Shown here in pieces: positions 9,241 to 21,586 of a stretch of 64,000 bases of DNA. A program made the translations under genes and the position numbers. The number at the start of each line of letters is the position of its first letter. Positions within the stretch are counted from its first letter, which is position 1. The stretch spans positions 333,882 through 397,881 of the forward strand of contig CAVPSB010000031.1 of the NCBI GenBank assembly GCA_963708025.1. Reading direction: 5' to 3'. The stretch is from an uncultured Candidatus Rokubacteria bacterium. Lineage in GTDB: Bacteria > Methylomirabilota > Methylomirabilia > Rokubacteriales > DASRDR01. A model generated the notes under the pieces. It was not told the origin of the DNA. It did no database searches and saw only the letters and a list, made by a program, of their open reading frames with translations.

Positions 9241-9801
9241 ATGCCGGTTTCGACCGCGGAGTTTCGCAAGGGTCTCAAGATCGAGTTGGACGGCAACCCC
9301 TACACCATCGTCGACTTCCAGCACGTCAAGCCGGGCAAAGGGGGGGCCTTCGTTCGCACGAAGCTCAAGCACCTCAAGCTCGGCACCGTCGTGGACCGGA
9401 CCTTCCGGTCGGGTGAGAAGTTCGAGCTGGTGGACTTCGAGCAGCAGCCGATGCAGTTCATGTATCGGGACGACCTCTTTCACTTCATGAACCTGGAGAC
9501 GTACGAGCAGATCGCGCTCTCGCGGGTCGAGGTCGGCGAGGCAGCGGACTATCTGAAGGACAACATGGAGGTGGAGGTCGCCTACATCAATGGCCAGCCC
9601 TCGGCGGTCGAGCTGCCGACCTTCGCCGAGCTGCGAGTGGTGAAGACCGACCCCGGCCTGCGCGGCGACACCGCGTCGGGCGGGTCGAAGCCGGCGACCC
9701 TGGAGACCGGCGCGGTCGTGTCGGTCCCGCTGTTCATCAACGAGGGCGACGTCCTCAAGATCGACACCCGCACCGGCGCCTACATCGAGCGCGCCGGGTA
9801 G
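9241..9801 (+). CDS. efp: Translation elongation factor P
   Basis: [36 protein letters not shown] motifs. Confidence 0.98.
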   Translation: MPVSTAEFRKGLKIELDGNPYTIVDFQHVKPGKGGAFVRTKLKHLKLGTVVDRTFRSGEKFELVDFEQQPMQFMYRDDLFHFMNLETYEQIALSRVEVGEAADYLKDNMEVEVAYINGQPSAVELPTFAELRVVKTDPGLRGDTASGGSKPATLETGAVVSVPLFINEGDVLKIDTRTGAYIERAG

Positions 9802-9862
9802 CGCACGGGTCGGCCGTGGAGATCACGCTCGTACGGTGGCCGCGCGCCAGGAAAGACGACGC

Positions 9863-10321
9863 ATGAATCTCAAGGAGATTCGCGCCCTTCTCGAGCTGCT
9901 CCGGGAATACGGGTTGACCGAGGTCGAGATCGAGAAGAGCGGCGAGCGGGTCCGGATCCGGCGCGAGGCGACGGCGGCCGCCCCGCCGGGCCCGGCGCCG
10001 GCGGGCGCGGCGCCCGCGATGGCGGTGCCGGCCAGCCAGACGGCGCCGGCCGCCGGTGCGCCCCCCGACGAGCGCCCGCGACACCTGGTGACGGTGGAGG
10101 CGCCGATGGTGGGCACCTTCTACCGGGCATCCTCGCCGGATGCCGACCCCTACGTCCGCGAGGGGGACGCCATCAAGGAGGGGCAGGTGCTCTGCATCAT
10201 CGAAGCGATGAAGCTGATGAACGAGATCGAGTCCAAGGTCTCGGGTCGGGTCATCCGCGTCCTCGCCGAGAACGGGCAGCCCGTCGAGTATGGCCAGCCG
10301 CTGTTCCTGATCGAGCCCTGA
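9863..10321 (+). CDS. accB: Acetyl-CoA carboxylase biotin carboxyl carrier protein
   Basis: APMVGTFY and [11 protein letters not shown] biotinylation motif. Confidence 0.97.
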   Translation: MNLKEIRALLELLREYGLTEVEIEKSGERVRIRREATAAAPPGPAPAGAAPAMAVPASQTAPAAGAPPDERPRHLVTVEAPMVGTFYRASSPDADPYVREGDAIKEGQVLCIIEAMKLMNEIESKVSGRVIRVLAENGQPVEYGQPLFLIEP

Positions 10322-10356
10322 CGTCTCCGCCATGAGCGCTGGAGCGAGATAGCCCC

Positions 10357-11871
10357 GTGTTCTGCCGATCGTGCTGGAGCAACATCGCCGATGGCAGCTC
10401 GGAATGCCCTCGGTGCCACGCCGACCCCGGGGCGGCCCCGGCTGCGGCGACCCCGGCCGCGGCGGCTCCGCCGCCGGCGGGCCGCGTCCCCGACGAGCCG
10501 TCCCCGAAGAGGAAGGGCGACCGCCAGAACCGGCTCATCGCGCTGGTCGCCCTCCTCGTGCTCGTCCTGATCGCCGGCCCGCCGGCCGTGGAGTGGGCGA
10601 TGCGCCGCTGGCGCGGCGAGCCGGCCGGAGGGGCCCCGGGCTCCTCCGAGCGCCCACCCCTCGAGACGACCGCGTCCACCTCGGATCCGACCCGGCCGTC
10701 GGCTGACGACGGCCCCGACGCGGCGGCGCTGCGCGAGGCCTACGAGCTCTATCAGCAGGGGAAGGTGACCGAGGCCTGCGACCGGTACCGCGACGTCGCC
10801 AACCGGCTGGGGACCCAGTCGGTGCGGCGCAACCTCGCGTCTTGCCTGGCGCGGCTCGGCCGGGAGGCCCAGCAGGCCAATCTTTCCGAGCAGGCGGCCG
10901 ACTACTATCGACGCGCTCTGGACGTTGCTCCGGACGACGGGAGCATCTGGGTTGCCCTCGCCCTCGCCCACGCGCAGGCGCGAGACCTCGGTCGAGCCCA
11001 GGGCGTCCTCGAACAGGCGGCGGCGCGCTTCCCCGACGACCCCGACATCCTCTATCTGCTGGCCGAGATGCAGGAGCGGCAGGGACGCTCGCGCGAGGCG
11101 GCCGAGACGCTCCGCCAGCTGCTGGCCCGGCGTCCCGGCCATGCCAAGGGTACCCAGCTGCTGGCCGCTATCGAGAAGGAGCAAAAGGTCGAGGGGTCCT
11201 ACTGGAGCCAGGAGAGCCGGCACTTCGTGGTGCGGTACGAGGGCGCGGGCGGGATCGACCTCGGGCGCTCGGTCGTCGACTACCTCGAGGAGGCGTACGA
11301 GACCGTCGGCCGGGCACTCGGCTACTTCCCCGAGCACCGGGTCCAGGTCAGCATCTACAGCCAGGAGGTTCTGGGCGAGGTCAGTCGGGTCCCGGCCCAT
11401 TTCGTTCGCGGCGTGTTCGAAGGGGACACCCGGAAGATCCGGCTGAACTTCGCGAAGTCCGTCGCCTACACGAACGACCTGTCCCAGCTGGTCCGCCACG
11501 AGTACACCCACGCCGTCATCCACGAGGTGAGCAACGGCAAGGCGACGGTCTGGGTGCACGAAGGGCTGGCCCAGGTGATGGAGGGCCGCGCCCCCTGGCC
11601 CCTCCCCGCCAGCGTCCCGCGTCAATACCTGACGCTGGCCGGGATCGACCAGCTGGCCCGGGCCGGGAACGCGGTGGCCGCCATCTCCGGGTACGTGCTC
11701 GCCCACGTCGCCATGCAGCACCTGGTGGACCAGGGCGGCATGCCGAAAGTCGCCGAGTTCCTGCGGCGCCTCGGGCAGGGCGACACCATCGAGCAGGCGC
11801 TCCGTCAGGCCTTCGGCTTCGGATCCGAGGACGTGGAAGCGCGGATCTTGGCCGTCGCCGGCCGGAGCTGA
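10357..11871 (+). CDS. Membrane-anchored zinc-ribbon/TPR/peptidase MA-like (gluzincin) protein
   Basis: N-terminal CxxC...CxxC, TM helix, TPR repeats, HEYTH and WVHEGLAQ zinc ligands. Confidence 0.85.
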   Translation: MFCRSCWSNIADGSSECPRCHADPGAAPAAATPAAAAPPPAGRVPDEPSPKRKGDRQNRLIALVALLVLVLIAGPPAVEWAMRRWRGEPAGGAPGSSERPPLETTASTSDPTRPSADDGPDAAALREAYELYQQGKVTEACDRYRDVANRLGTQSVRRNLASCLARLGREAQQANLSEQAADYYRRALDVAPDDGSIWVALALAHAQARDLGRAQGVLEQAAARFPDDPDILYLLAEMQERQGRSREAAETLRQLLARRPGHAKGTQLLAAIEKEQKVEGSYWSQESRHFVVRYEGAGGIDLGRSVVDYLEEAYETVGRALGYFPEHRVQVSIYSQEVLGEVSRVPAHFVRGVFEGDTRKIRLNFAKSVAYTNDLSQLVRHEYTHAVIHEVSNGKATVWVHEGLAQVMEGRAPWPLPASVPRQYLTLAGIDQLARAGNAVAAISGYVLAHVAMQHLVDQGGMPKVAEFLRRLGQGDTIEQALRQAFGFGSEDVEARILAVAGRS

Positions 11872-11873
11872 GA

Positions 11874-11978
11874 GCGTATGAAGGAATCGAGTCCTCCGAC
11901 TCCCCCCTCCCCCCAGTGGGTGGGGGAGGGGGGCCAAAGGCCGAAGGCCGTCGAAGGATCGGGTGGGCGGGAGGTCCC
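11874..11978 (+). repeat. Intergenic repeat family C, copy 1 (carries micro-module M)
   Basis: GCGTRTGAAGGAATC...CCCCCTCCCCC-CAGTGGGT-GGGGGAGGGGG...GGCGGGAGGTCCC; second copy at 50253. Confidence 0.85.
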
Positions 11979-11986
11979 GAACTGAC

Positions 11987-13321
11987 GTGTTCGGCAAGAT
12001 CCTCATTGCCAACCGCGGGGAGATCGCCCTCCGCATCCTCCGGACCTGCCGGGAGATGGGGATCCGCACGGTGGTGGCCCACTCCAAGGTGGACGCGGAC
12101 TCGCTGCCGGTGCTGCTCGCCGACGAGAGCGTGTGCGTCGGCCCCGATGAGAGCGCCCAGAGCTACCTGAACATCCCGAGCCTCATCTCGGCGGCCGAGG
12201 TCACCGACGCCGAGGCGATCCATCCCGGCTACGGCTTCCTCGCCGAGAACGCCACGTTCGCGGAGATCTGCCGGGCCTGCTCGATCCGCTTCATCGGGCC
12301 GGGTCCCGACGCCATCCGCCTCCTCGGCGACAAGGTGCGGGCCCGGGAGCTCGCCCGGAAGTGCGAGGTGCCGCTCCTCCCCGGCAGCGAGGGCGGGGTC
12401 CGGGACGAGGCCGAGGCCCTGGCGTGCGCCGAGGCGATCGGCTTCCCGGTCCTGCTCAAGGCCGCCCTCGGCGGCGGCGGGCGCGGCATGCGCGTCGTCC
12501 GCGATCGGGAGGGCCTGGCCGCCGCCGTCCAGACGTGCCAGAAGGAGGCATCCGCGGCCTTCGGCTCGTCGGAGATCTACATCGAGAAGTTCGTGGAGGT
12601 CGCCCGCCACGTCGAGGTCCAGGTGCTGGCCGACGCTCACGGGCACCTGATCCATCTGGGCGAGCGCGAGTGCTCGATCCAGCGCCGGCACCAGAAGCTC
12701 CTCGAGGAGTCGCCGTCGCCAGCCGTGACGGAGGCGATCCGCGGCGAGTTGACGGCGGCTGCCCTGCGCCTGTGCCGGGCGGCCGGGTACGAGAGCGCCG
12801 GGACCGTCGAGTTCATCCTGGACGGCACGGGCCGCTTCTATTTCCTGGAGGTCAACACCCGGATCCAGGTCGAGCACCCGGTGACCGAGATGGTGACCGG
12901 CGTCGATCTCGTCCGCGAGCAGATCCGGATCGCCGCCGGCGAGCCGATGAGCGTCACCCAGGAGACGCTCCGCTCTTCGGGGCACGCGATCGAGTGCCGG
13001 ATCACCGCCGAAGACCCGGTGACCTTCACGCCCAGCCCCGGCCGGATCTCGACCTACCTGCCCCCGGGTGGGTTCGGGGTGCGGGTGGACAGCCACTGCT
13101 TCAGCGGCTACACGGTGCCGCCCCACTACGACTCGCTGGTGGCCAAGGTCATCGCCCACGGCGACAGCCGGGCGGAGGCGATCGCGCGCATGCGGCGGGC
13201 GCTGGCCGAGTTCCTCCTCGAAGGGATCAAGACCACGATCCCCTTTCACAGCCGGCTCCTGGCCGACCCGCGTTTCGTCGAGGGAGCGTATTCCACCGCA
13301 TTCCTCGAAACCCACGTCTGA
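11987..13321 (+). CDS. accC: Acetyl-CoA carboxylase biotin carboxylase
   Basis: [46 protein letters not shown] motifs; GTG start at 11987. Confidence 0.98.
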   Translation: MFGKILIANRGEIALRILRTCREMGIRTVVAHSKVDADSLPVLLADESVCVGPDESAQSYLNIPSLISAAEVTDAEAIHPGYGFLAENATFAEICRACSIRFIGPGPDAIRLLGDKVRARELARKCEVPLLPGSEGGVRDEAEALACAEAIGFPVLLKAALGGGGRGMRVVRDREGLAAAVQTCQKEASAAFGSSEIYIEKFVEVARHVEVQVLADAHGHLIHLGERECSIQRRHQKLLEESPSPAVTEAIRGELTAAALRLCRAAGYESAGTVEFILDGTGRFYFLEVNTRIQVEHPVTEMVTGVDLVREQIRIAAGEPMSVTQETLRSSGHAIECRITAEDPVTFTPSPGRISTYLPPGGFGVRVDSHCFSGYTVPPHYDSLVAKVIAHGDSRAEAIARMRRALAEFLLEGIKTTIPFHSRLLADPRFVEGAYSTAFLETHV

Positions 13322-15311
13322 TCGGCGCCGGTTCCCCTGGCTCTGGATCGCCGTCGGCGCGCTGGCCCTGACCCTCGTCGTCACCTGGCCGCTCGCGCGC
13401 TGCCTGGACTCCTGCCTCGGCGAGCCGCCGGATCCGCTCCTGTCGGTCTACTTCCTGGCCTGGGTCGCTCATGCCCTCACCACGCCGGGGGTGCGGCTCG
13501 TCGACGCCAGCCTCTTCGCGCCCTATCCCGGGACGCTCGCCCTCGGCGAGTACATGCCCGGCTACGCGCCGCTGGCCGTCCCCGTCATCGCGTTGACCGG
13601 CAACCCGGTCCTCGCTCACAACCTGCTGCTCGTCCTCTCGTACGCCCTGGCCGCGCTCGGCGCCGCCGCCCTCGTCTTTTCCCTCACGGGCGCGCTCGGT
13701 CCGGCGGTCGTGGCCGGCGCCGCCTTCGCGTACGCGCCGCGCCTCCTCGACCAGGCCTACAACGTCCAGACCCTGGCCGTCTTCTGGGTGCCGTGGCTCC
13801 TGCTCGCCCTGGAGCGGTTCCTGGCGCGGCCGACCTGGCCCGGCGCGGCCCTGGTGGCCGGGCTCTGGGTCGCCCTCGCGCTCTCGTGCCTGAACGTCTT
13901 CGTCTACGCCACCGTGCTCGGGGCCCTCTTCCTGGCTGCCGCCGTGACCGTGGGCGGCCGGCAGCTCCGCGGAGCCCACCTCGTCCGCCTGGCCGGCGCG
14001 GGGGTCGTCGCGGGCGCCGTCGTCTTGACGTACCTGGCGCCCAATCGGGTGCTGGCGCGAGAGTGGGGGCTCGGGCGGGCCCTGGCGGAGGTCGAGCGCC
14101 ACTCGGCCACGCTCAGCCATCTGATCGGCGTGCCGCGCGAGTCCCTGCTCCGGCGTCTCGCCGGCCTGCCGGATCCCTCCGGCCACGAGGGGCTCGTCCC
14201 GGGGCTGGTGGTCAGCGTCCTGGCCGTGGCAGGGCTGCTGGCCGTCTTCCGCGACCGCGACGGCCTCCGGTCGAAGCTGGCCCCGTACGTGGCGGTGACG
14301 GCGGCGGCGGTCGTCCTCGCGCTGGGGCCGACCGCCGCGACGCCGTGGGGACCGTTGCCCCTCCCGTACCGCGCCCTGTACCTGGCCGTGCCGGGGTTCG
14401 ACGCCATCCGGACGCCGGCCCGGTTCGTCGTCTTCCTCGACCTCGGCGTCGCCGTCCTGGCGGGCGTCGGCGCGGCCTGGTGGCTCGCGCGGCGGGCGCC
14501 GGCAACGCGGCCGTGGCTGGCCGGGGGCCTGACGGCCGCGGTCCTCCTCGAGTCGGTGGCCGTGCCGTACCCGGGCGCGGTCCCGCGTCTGGCTCCCGGC
14601 TCGGTCCCGGCGGTGTACCGGTGGCTCGGCCAGCAGGACCAGCGCACGCTGGCCCTCGGCATCCCGATGGGAGACTGGGTCAACGTGGCCGCGGCCGCGT
14701 TCCACCTGCGGCCGACGGTGAACGGCTGGTCGAGCTACTGGCCCCCACGGTATCCCGAGCTGGTCGAGGCCATGGAGCGGTTTCCCGACGCGCGCTCCCT
14801 GGCCCTGGTCCAGGGGCTCGGGGTGGACCTCGTCCTCGTCGACGGCGCATGGCTGAACCCCGCGCGCGCCGCCGCGCTGGCCGGGTTCCCCGCCATCCTG
14901 CGCCCCGAGCGCGCCTTTCCCACGCACCTCGTCTACCGCATCGCCCGCGCCGGGCCGGCGGCCCGGCCGGCGCTCGAGGAGGTCGAGGCCACGGCCCGCG
15001 TCATGCCGCCCGGGGACGGGCGGTCGTGGCAGGGCTGCGTCACGCTCCGGAACGCGGGTCCCCACTTCGTGCCGCTCTACCCCCTCCATCGTCTCCACCT
15101 TCGGGCCGAGGGCGCCGCGGTCACGACCGTCCGCTGGCTTCCCCTCGACCTCGCCCCGGGCGCCGCTCACACCGCCTGTCTCCCGCTGACCGGGCGACCT
15201 GGGCGGTTCGACGTCCAGGGCGAGGTCGAGGACGGGGTGCGGCGCCATCGCTTCGCCCTCGGCACCGAGGACGCGGTGGGACGCCTGGAGCCGGCCGGAG
15301 GCCGACCGTGA
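13314..15311 (+). CDS. Multi-pass membrane protein, GT-C/YfhO-like glycosyltransferase candidate
   Basis: Many TM helices, [41 protein letters not shown]; start codon uncertain. Confidence 0.7.
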   Translation, partial: TSDRRRFPWLWIAVGALALTLVVTWPLARCLDSCLGEPPDPLLSVYFLAWVAHALTTPGVRLVDASLFAPYPGTLALGEYMPGYAPLAVPVIALTGNPVLAHNLLLVLSYALAALGAAALVFSLTGALGPAVVAGAAFAYAPRLLDQAYNVQTLAVFWVPWLLLALERFLARPTWPGAALVAGLWVALALSCLNVFVYATVLGALFLAAAVTVGGRQLRGAHLVRLAGAGVVAGAVVLTYLAPNRVLAREWGLGRALAEVERHSATLSHLIGVPRESLLRRLAGLPDPSGHEGLVPGLVVSVLAVAGLLAVFRDRDGLRSKLAPYVAVTAAAVVLALGPTAATPWGPLPLPYRALYLAVPGFDAIRTPARFVVFLDLGVAVLAGVGAAWWLARRAPATRPWLAGGLTAAVLLESVAVPYPGAVPRLAPGSVPAVYRWLGQQDQRTLALGIPMGDWVNVAAAAFHLRPTVNGWSSYWPPRYPELVEAMERFPDARSLALVQGLGVDLVLVDGAWLNPARAAALAGFPAILRPERAFPTHLVYRIARAGPAARPALEEVEATARVMPPGDGRSWQGCVTLRNAGPHFVPLYPLHRLHLRAEGAAVTTVRWLPLDLAPGAAHTACLPLTGRPGRFDVQGEVEDGVRRHRFALGTEDAVGRLEPAGGRP

Positions 15312-15982
15312 CCGCCAGCCCGCGGCCGCCGCTCGACCTGTACGTGATCCTCGACCCGACGGTCGCGGGGGGTCGGGACCTGGTCGCTCTCGCCGACGCC
15401 GTGCTCGCCGCGGGCGTCCGGTGGCTCCAGCTCCGCGACAAGGACGCGACCACGCGCGACCTGGCGGCCCTGGCCCGTCGGCTCCTGGCGCGTGCTCGCA
15501 CCGCCGGTGGAGTGCTCATCGTCAACGACCGGCTGGACGTGGCCCTGGCGGTCGGGGCCCACGGGGTGCACCTCGGTCAGGACGACCTGCCCGCGGCCGA
15601 CGCTCGCCGGCTGGCCCCGGGGCTGGTGATCGGCGTCTCCACCCACAGCGTGGAGCAGGCACGTCAGGCCGGGGGAGACGGCGCCGACTACGTCGCCCTG
15701 GGCTCGATCTACCCGACGGGCACCAAGCCCCGCTTCGAGCTGGTCGGCGTGGAGGCCCTGCGGCGGGTTCGCCCCCACGTGCGAGGGCCGCTCGTGGCCA
15801 TCGGGGGGATCACCGCCGAGCGCGTGCCCGAGCTGCTGGCGGCGGGCGCCGACGGGGTGGCGGTCATCTCCGCCGTCGGGGCCGCCCGCGATCCCGGCGC
15901 CGCGGCCGCGGCGTTCCTGACAGCCTTCCGGGTCTCCCGGGTGCCACCCAACGAGAATGGGGCCGGGTCCGTCCAGCCCTGA
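15308..15982 (+). CDS. thiE: Thiamine-phosphate synthase
   Basis: LQLRDK, VNDRLDVA, GVHLGQDD, GVSTHS, YPTGTK, AIGGI motifs. Confidence 0.96.
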   Translation: MTASPRPPLDLYVILDPTVAGGRDLVALADAVLAAGVRWLQLRDKDATTRDLAALARRLLARARTAGGVLIVNDRLDVALAVGAHGVHLGQDDLPAADARRLAPGLVIGVSTHSVEQARQAGGDGADYVALGSIYPTGTKPRFELVGVEALRRVRPHVRGPLVAIGGITAERVPELLAAGADGVAVISAVGAARDPGAAAAAFLTAFRVSRVPPNENGAGSVQP

Positions 15983-16036
15983 TACCCTGAGAGGCCACCG
16001 CGGGTAGCCTCCCGAACCCGCGGTCAGGAGGCTCAC

Positions 16037-16450
16037 ATGAGACTGGCACTCGGGCTGGTCGTCGTCCTCGCGGTCACGCTCGCGGAAGCCGCACCGCTGC
16101 AGGCCCAGTCGCTCGACCCGGCGTCCGCCGCGGCTCTGGCCGCGACGCTCCGACTCCTCCAGGATCCCGGGCAGCGGGGCCCGGCGATCGCCGGCAATCC
16201 GCAGGCCGCCGCCGTCGACAAGCAGATGCAAGCGGTGCTCGGCTCCCCCGAGCTGCAACAGGAGTTCTACACGCTCGCCGCCGACGTCTTCGCCGAGCTG
16301 GCCCAGAGCGTCGGGGGTGACGTGGGCAAGATGACCCAGGCTCTCGAGGCCGGGCGGGCCGATCCCGCGGGGTTCGCGGCGACGTTGAGCCCGCGGACGC
16401 TCGAGCGCTTGCGCGCGCTCTCCAGCAAGATCGCCGACCGCATGCGCTGA
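16037..16450 (+). CDS. Secreted hypothetical protein
   Basis: AGGAGG RBS, signal peptide, helical-looking sequence with GC3-biased codons. Confidence 0.75.
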   Translation: MRLALGLVVVLAVTLAEAAPLQAQSLDPASAAALAATLRLLQDPGQRGPAIAGNPQAAAVDKQMQAVLGSPELQQEFYTLAADVFAELAQSVGGDVGKMTQALEAGRADPAGFAATLSPRTLERLRALSSKIADRMR

Positions 16451-16456
16451 AGATCT

Positions 16457-16546
16457 TCGGGGGGGTCTCGGAAGACCCCCCCGATCCCCCCCTCGGAGGC
16501 CGCGGCGAAGCCGCGGCTCGAAGCGGAACACCAGGGCCGCGCGGCC
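16457..16546 (-). repeat. Repeat family A, copy 3 (inverted orientation)
   Basis: TCGGGGGGGTCTCGGAAGACCCCCCCGA...GCCGCGGCGAAGCCGCGGCTCGAAG is the reverse complement of the family A sequence. Confidence 0.9.
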
Positions 16547-16639
16547 GAACCCGAGGGCAGCGAGAAACCGACGGGCCGCGAAGGGGGAACCGACAGGCGG
16601 GAGGGCGAGGGTGGCGGTTCTTCACCGGCGGGGCTGATC

Positions 16640-17100
16640 GGCGGTGCACCGAAGTGATGGCGCCCGCGCCGTCGCCTCGGCGAGCGGGGATCCGGATGCG
16701 GAGGCGCGTGTCCCGGGCCGTCACCGCGAAGACGTGGTAGCCGCGCGGGTCCCGCACGTGGGTGAGGCTGGGGGCGACTGGAAAGGCTTCGGCCACGCAG
16801 CCGGCCGGCATGGCGAAGCTGATGCCCTGGAGGCCCTCCGGTTGGACAGCGCCACCACCAGCTCACCCCCGTCGCGCGAGAACGAGTACTCGGTCTTGAC
16901 GAACCGGTCCACGAAGTCGGCAAAGTACGCCATGGTCTCGACCGTGAGGGCTCCCGCCTGCTCCAGCTCCTCGGCGCGGTCCACGAAGCGTCGGAAGGCC
17001 TCCCGCGAGGACGGGTTCAGCATGTCGTAGGACCTCAGCCGGATGGTCCGCTCGGCCACGATGTAGTCGAGGTCGACCCGAGCGCGGGGCTCCGGCTTGA
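16640..17100 (-). pseudogene. Hypothetical gene remnant with an internal frameshift; boundaries approximate
   Basis: Coding-like RSYDMLNPSSREAFRRFVDRAEEL...ELVVALSN continues after a 1-nt shift near 16840 as PEGLQGISFAMPAGCVAEAFPVAPSLTHVRDPRGYHVFAV; no clear start or stop. Confidence 0.5.
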
Positions 17101-17126
17101 CAGCTTCCGAGGCCCCGGCCGATAAT
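17097..17126 (+). promoter_or_regulatory. Sigma70-type promoter, liv operon 1
   Basis: TTGACA 17097-17102, 18 nt, GATAAT 17121-17126. Confidence 0.7.
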
Positions 17127-17248
17127 GGCGACCAATTCCGGTGCCATCCGGGAACGCGGTCACCCCCAAGGAGACGGGTGGTGAGGGCGCGTTCGAGTCG
17201 GATGGCCATGAATTTCCTACCTCGTTCCCCTCGGAAAGGAGCGTGTCG

Positions 17249-18433
17249 ATGCGCGGAAAGCTCGTACGGATGGTCTCCCTCCTGGCCGTCCTGGCCCTGG
17301 TGCTGCCCCTCGCCGCGGAGGCGCAGGGCAAGGGCACCATCAAGATCGCGACCCAGAGCCCGCTGTCCGGCTCGCTGGCGGCCCTCGGTGAAGGCATCAA
17401 GCTCGGCACCCAGCTGGCGGTCGAGAAGTTCAAGGGCCCCGTCGAGAAGGCCGGCTTCAAGGTGGAGCTGGTGCCGTTCGACGACCAGGCCAAGCCTGAC
17501 GTGGGCGTCGCCAACGCCAAGAACATCATCAACGACAAGGACATCCTGGTGGTGATCGGCCACCTGAACTCCGGCGTCGCCATCCCGTCGTCCGAGGTCT
17601 ACAAGGAAGTCAGCCTGGTGATGATCTCGCCCGCCAACACCAACCCGCTCATCACGGACCGCATGCTGCCCAACGTGAACCGCGTGTGCGGGCGGGATGA
17701 CGTGCAAGGCGCGGTGGGAGCCGAGTTCGCGCGCGACGTCCTCAAGGTGAAGAGCGTCTACATCGTCCACAACAAGAACCAGTACGGGCAGGGCATCGCC
17801 GAGTTCTTCCAGGAGACCTCCAAGAAGGCCGGCGTGGCGGTGATGGGCTTCGAGGGGACGGAGGAGCAGGCCAACTTCGACCCGATCCTGACGCCCATCA
17901 AGGCCAAGAACCCCGACCTGATCTACTTCGGCGGCGAGTATCCGCAGGCCGCCCCGATGTTCCGGCAGGCCCGGGAGAAGGGCATCAAGGCCAAGTTCAT
18001 GGGGCCGGACGGCCTGGACTCGACGGAGCTGCTCAAGCTGGGCGGCGACGCGCTGATGGGGATGCACTTCACCACCGTGGCCGGCGGCGTGAACGAGTAC
18101 CCGAAGGCCAAGGAGTTCGCCGACGAGTACAAGAAGAAGTTCGGCAAGGATCCCGAGCCGTTCGCGGCCCAGGCCTACGACGCCACGGCGATCGGGCTCC
18201 GGGCGCTGGAGGCGGCGATCAAGGAGGCCGGCGGCAAGGCGCCGACCCGTGAGGCCGTCAGCAAGGCGACCCGCAAGGTCAAGTACAACGGGATCACGGG
18301 CAACGTCGAGTTCGACGACAAGGGCGACCCCAAGAAGGCGACCTATCTGATCTACCAGGTGGGCAAGGAGTGGAAGGACAACAAGCTCGTCAAGCGTCTC
18401 GAGATCGCGGCGCCGGCGGCCAAGAAGCAGTAG
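17249..18433 (+). CDS. livK: Branched-chain amino acid ABC transporter substrate-binding protein
   Basis: Signal peptide, QSPLSG, DDQAKP, GHLNSG, GRDDVQG, GITGNVEFDDKGD. Confidence 0.92.
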   Translation: MRGKLVRMVSLLAVLALVLPLAAEAQGKGTIKIATQSPLSGSLAALGEGIKLGTQLAVEKFKGPVEKAGFKVELVPFDDQAKPDVGVANAKNIINDKDILVVIGHLNSGVAIPSSEVYKEVSLVMISPANTNPLITDRMLPNVNRVCGRDDVQGAVGAEFARDVLKVKSVYIVHNKNQYGQGIAEFFQETSKKAGVAVMGFEGTEEQANFDPILTPIKAKNPDLIYFGGEYPQAAPMFRQAREKGIKAKFMGPDGLDSTELLKLGGDALMGMHFTTVAGGVNEYPKAKEFADEYKKKFGKDPEPFAAQAYDATAIGLRALEAAIKEAGGKAPTREAVSKATRKVKYNGITGNVEFDDKGDPKKATYLIYQVGKEWKDNKLVKRLEIAAPAAKKQ

Positions 18434-18456
18434 CCGGCCGCCGGATGTCCTCGCAC

Positions 18457-18493
18457 GGGGAGGGGCCCTGGTGGCCCCTCCCCATCCGTTTTT
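18457..18493 (+). terminator. Intercistronic hairpin or weak terminator after livK
   Basis: GGGGAGGGGCC / GGCCCCTCCCC stem followed a few nt later by TTTTT. Confidence 0.6.
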
Positions 18494-18521
18494 CCTCCCG
18501 GTGTGATCCTCCCTCGAGCTG

Positions 18522-19493
18522 ATGGACTGGCAGCTCGTCTTCGGCATCCTGCCCCAGGTCGTCATGGACGGCCTGGTGCTCGGCTTCATGTACGCGCTCA
18601 TCGCCCTCGGCTACACGATGGTCTACGGCGTGCTGGAGCTGATCAACTTCGCCCACAGTGAGATCTTCATGGTGGGGGCCTTCGTGGGGGTCGAGATCCT
18701 CCTCATGCTGAAGGCGGGTGGCGTGCTCGACCCCCTCAGCCCCTTCCTGGTCCTCCTGCTGATCGTGCTGACCGGCATGACGGTCTCCGGCTTGCTGGCG
18801 GTGGCGATCGAGCGGGTGGCCTACCGCCCGCTGCGCGGCGCCCCCCGGCTGATCCCGCTCATCTCGGCCATCGGCGTCTCGTTCTTCCTGCAGGACGCGG
18901 TCCGGCTCTTCGAGAGCCTCTGGCGCAACGCCTTCTACCTGACCTACCCCTCGTTCGCCCTCTTCAACAAGCGGATCGAGCTGGGAGAGACCGTCGATTT
19001 CTCCGTGAAGTCGATCCTGGTGGTGCTGGCCTCGCTGCTGATGCTCGTCGCCCTCCAGTTCCTCGTCAATCGCACCAAGCTCGGCAAGGCCATCCGGGCG
19101 GTCGCCGAGGACCAGCCGACGGCCAGCCTCATGGGCATCAACGTCAACCGCATCATCTCGCTGACGTTCCTGATCGGTGGCGCCATGGGGGGCGCCGCCG
19201 GCGTCCTCTTCGGCATCCAGTACAACACCGTCAACCCGTTCACCGGCTTCATCCCCGGCATCAAGGCGTTCACGGCCGCCGTGCTCGGCGGGATCGGGAA
19301 CATTCCGGGGGCGATGGTGGGGGGGCTGGTCCTGGGGCTCCTGGAAGCGTTCGCCGCCTCCTACCTCTCGCTGTTCACGGGCGGCGCCTTCGGGGCCGAG
19401 TACAAGGACATCTTCGCCTTCTCGATCCTGATCCTCATCCTGATCTTCCGGCCCCGGGGCTTGCTGGGCGAGGTCGTGAGGGAGCGCGCTTAG
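18522..19493 (+). CDS. livH: BCAA ABC transporter permease LivH
   Basis: YALIALGYTMVYGVLELINFAH, KAFTAAVLGGIG. Confidence 0.95.
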   Translation: MDWQLVFGILPQVVMDGLVLGFMYALIALGYTMVYGVLELINFAHSEIFMVGAFVGVEILLMLKAGGVLDPLSPFLVLLLIVLTGMTVSGLLAVAIERVAYRPLRGAPRLIPLISAIGVSFFLQDAVRLFESLWRNAFYLTYPSFALFNKRIELGETVDFSVKSILVVLASLLMLVALQFLVNRTKLGKAIRAVAEDQPTASLMGINVNRIISLTFLIGGAMGGAAGVLFGIQYNTVNPFTGFIPGIKAFTAAVLGGIGNIPGAMVGGLVLGLLEAFAASYLSLFTGGAFGAEYKDIFAFSILILILIFRPRGLLGEVVRERA

Positions 19494-19496
19494 GCC

Positions 19497-20782
<1,286 letters not shown>

Positions 20783-20786
<4 letters not shown>

Positions 20787-21580
20787 GCGGCCCGGTGCTG
20801 CTCGAGGCCCGGCGCGTCACCAAGCGGTTCGGCGGGCTGGTGGCGGTGAACGCCGTCGACTTCACCCTCCAGGCGGGCATGATCGCCAGCGTCATCGGCC
20901 CCAACGGGGCGGGCAAGACGACGCTCTTCAACGTCTTCACGGGGCTCTACCAGCCGGACGACGGCGACGTCCTGGTCCAGGGCCGGTCGGTCGTCGGCTT
21001 CACCCCCGACCGGATCACCGCGCTCGGCGTCTGCCGCACCTTCCAGAACATCCGGCTGTTCAAGAACATGACCGTGGTCGAGAACGCCCTGGTCGGGATG
21101 CACACCCGGATCCCCCTCCGCTTGTGGGACGTCCTGGCCCGGACGCCGGCCTTCGGACGCCGGGAGGGGCAGGCCGTGCGGCGCACCCTGGAGCTGCTGG
21201 CCGTGGTGGGCCTGCGGGGCAAGGAGGACGTCCTCGCCCGCAACCTGCCCTACGGCGACCAGCGCCGGCTCGAGATCGTGCGGGCCCTGGCCGCCGAGCC
21301 CAAGGTCCTGCTCCTCGACGAGCCGACGGCGGGGATGACCCAGGGGGAGGCCCAGAGCCTGATGGCCTTCCTCCGCCAGATCATCCGGGAGTTCGGGGTG
21401 ACGATCCTCCTCATCGAGCACAACATGCGGGTGGTCATGGGGGTCTCGGACCGGGTCACCGTCCTCGACTACGGCGAGAAGATCGCCGAGGGCCGGCCGG
21501 TGGAGGTGCAGAAGGACCCCCGGGTCGTCGAGGCGTATCTGGGGCGGGGGCGGGCCGGCGGCCAGGCCGCCGCCCCCTGA
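20783..21580 (+). CDS. livG: BCAA ABC transporter ATPase LivG
   Basis: GPNGAGKTT, RTFQNIRLF, LPYGDQRRLEI, DEPTAG, VEAYLG. Confidence 0.95.
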
Positions 21581-21586
21581 GCGGCC

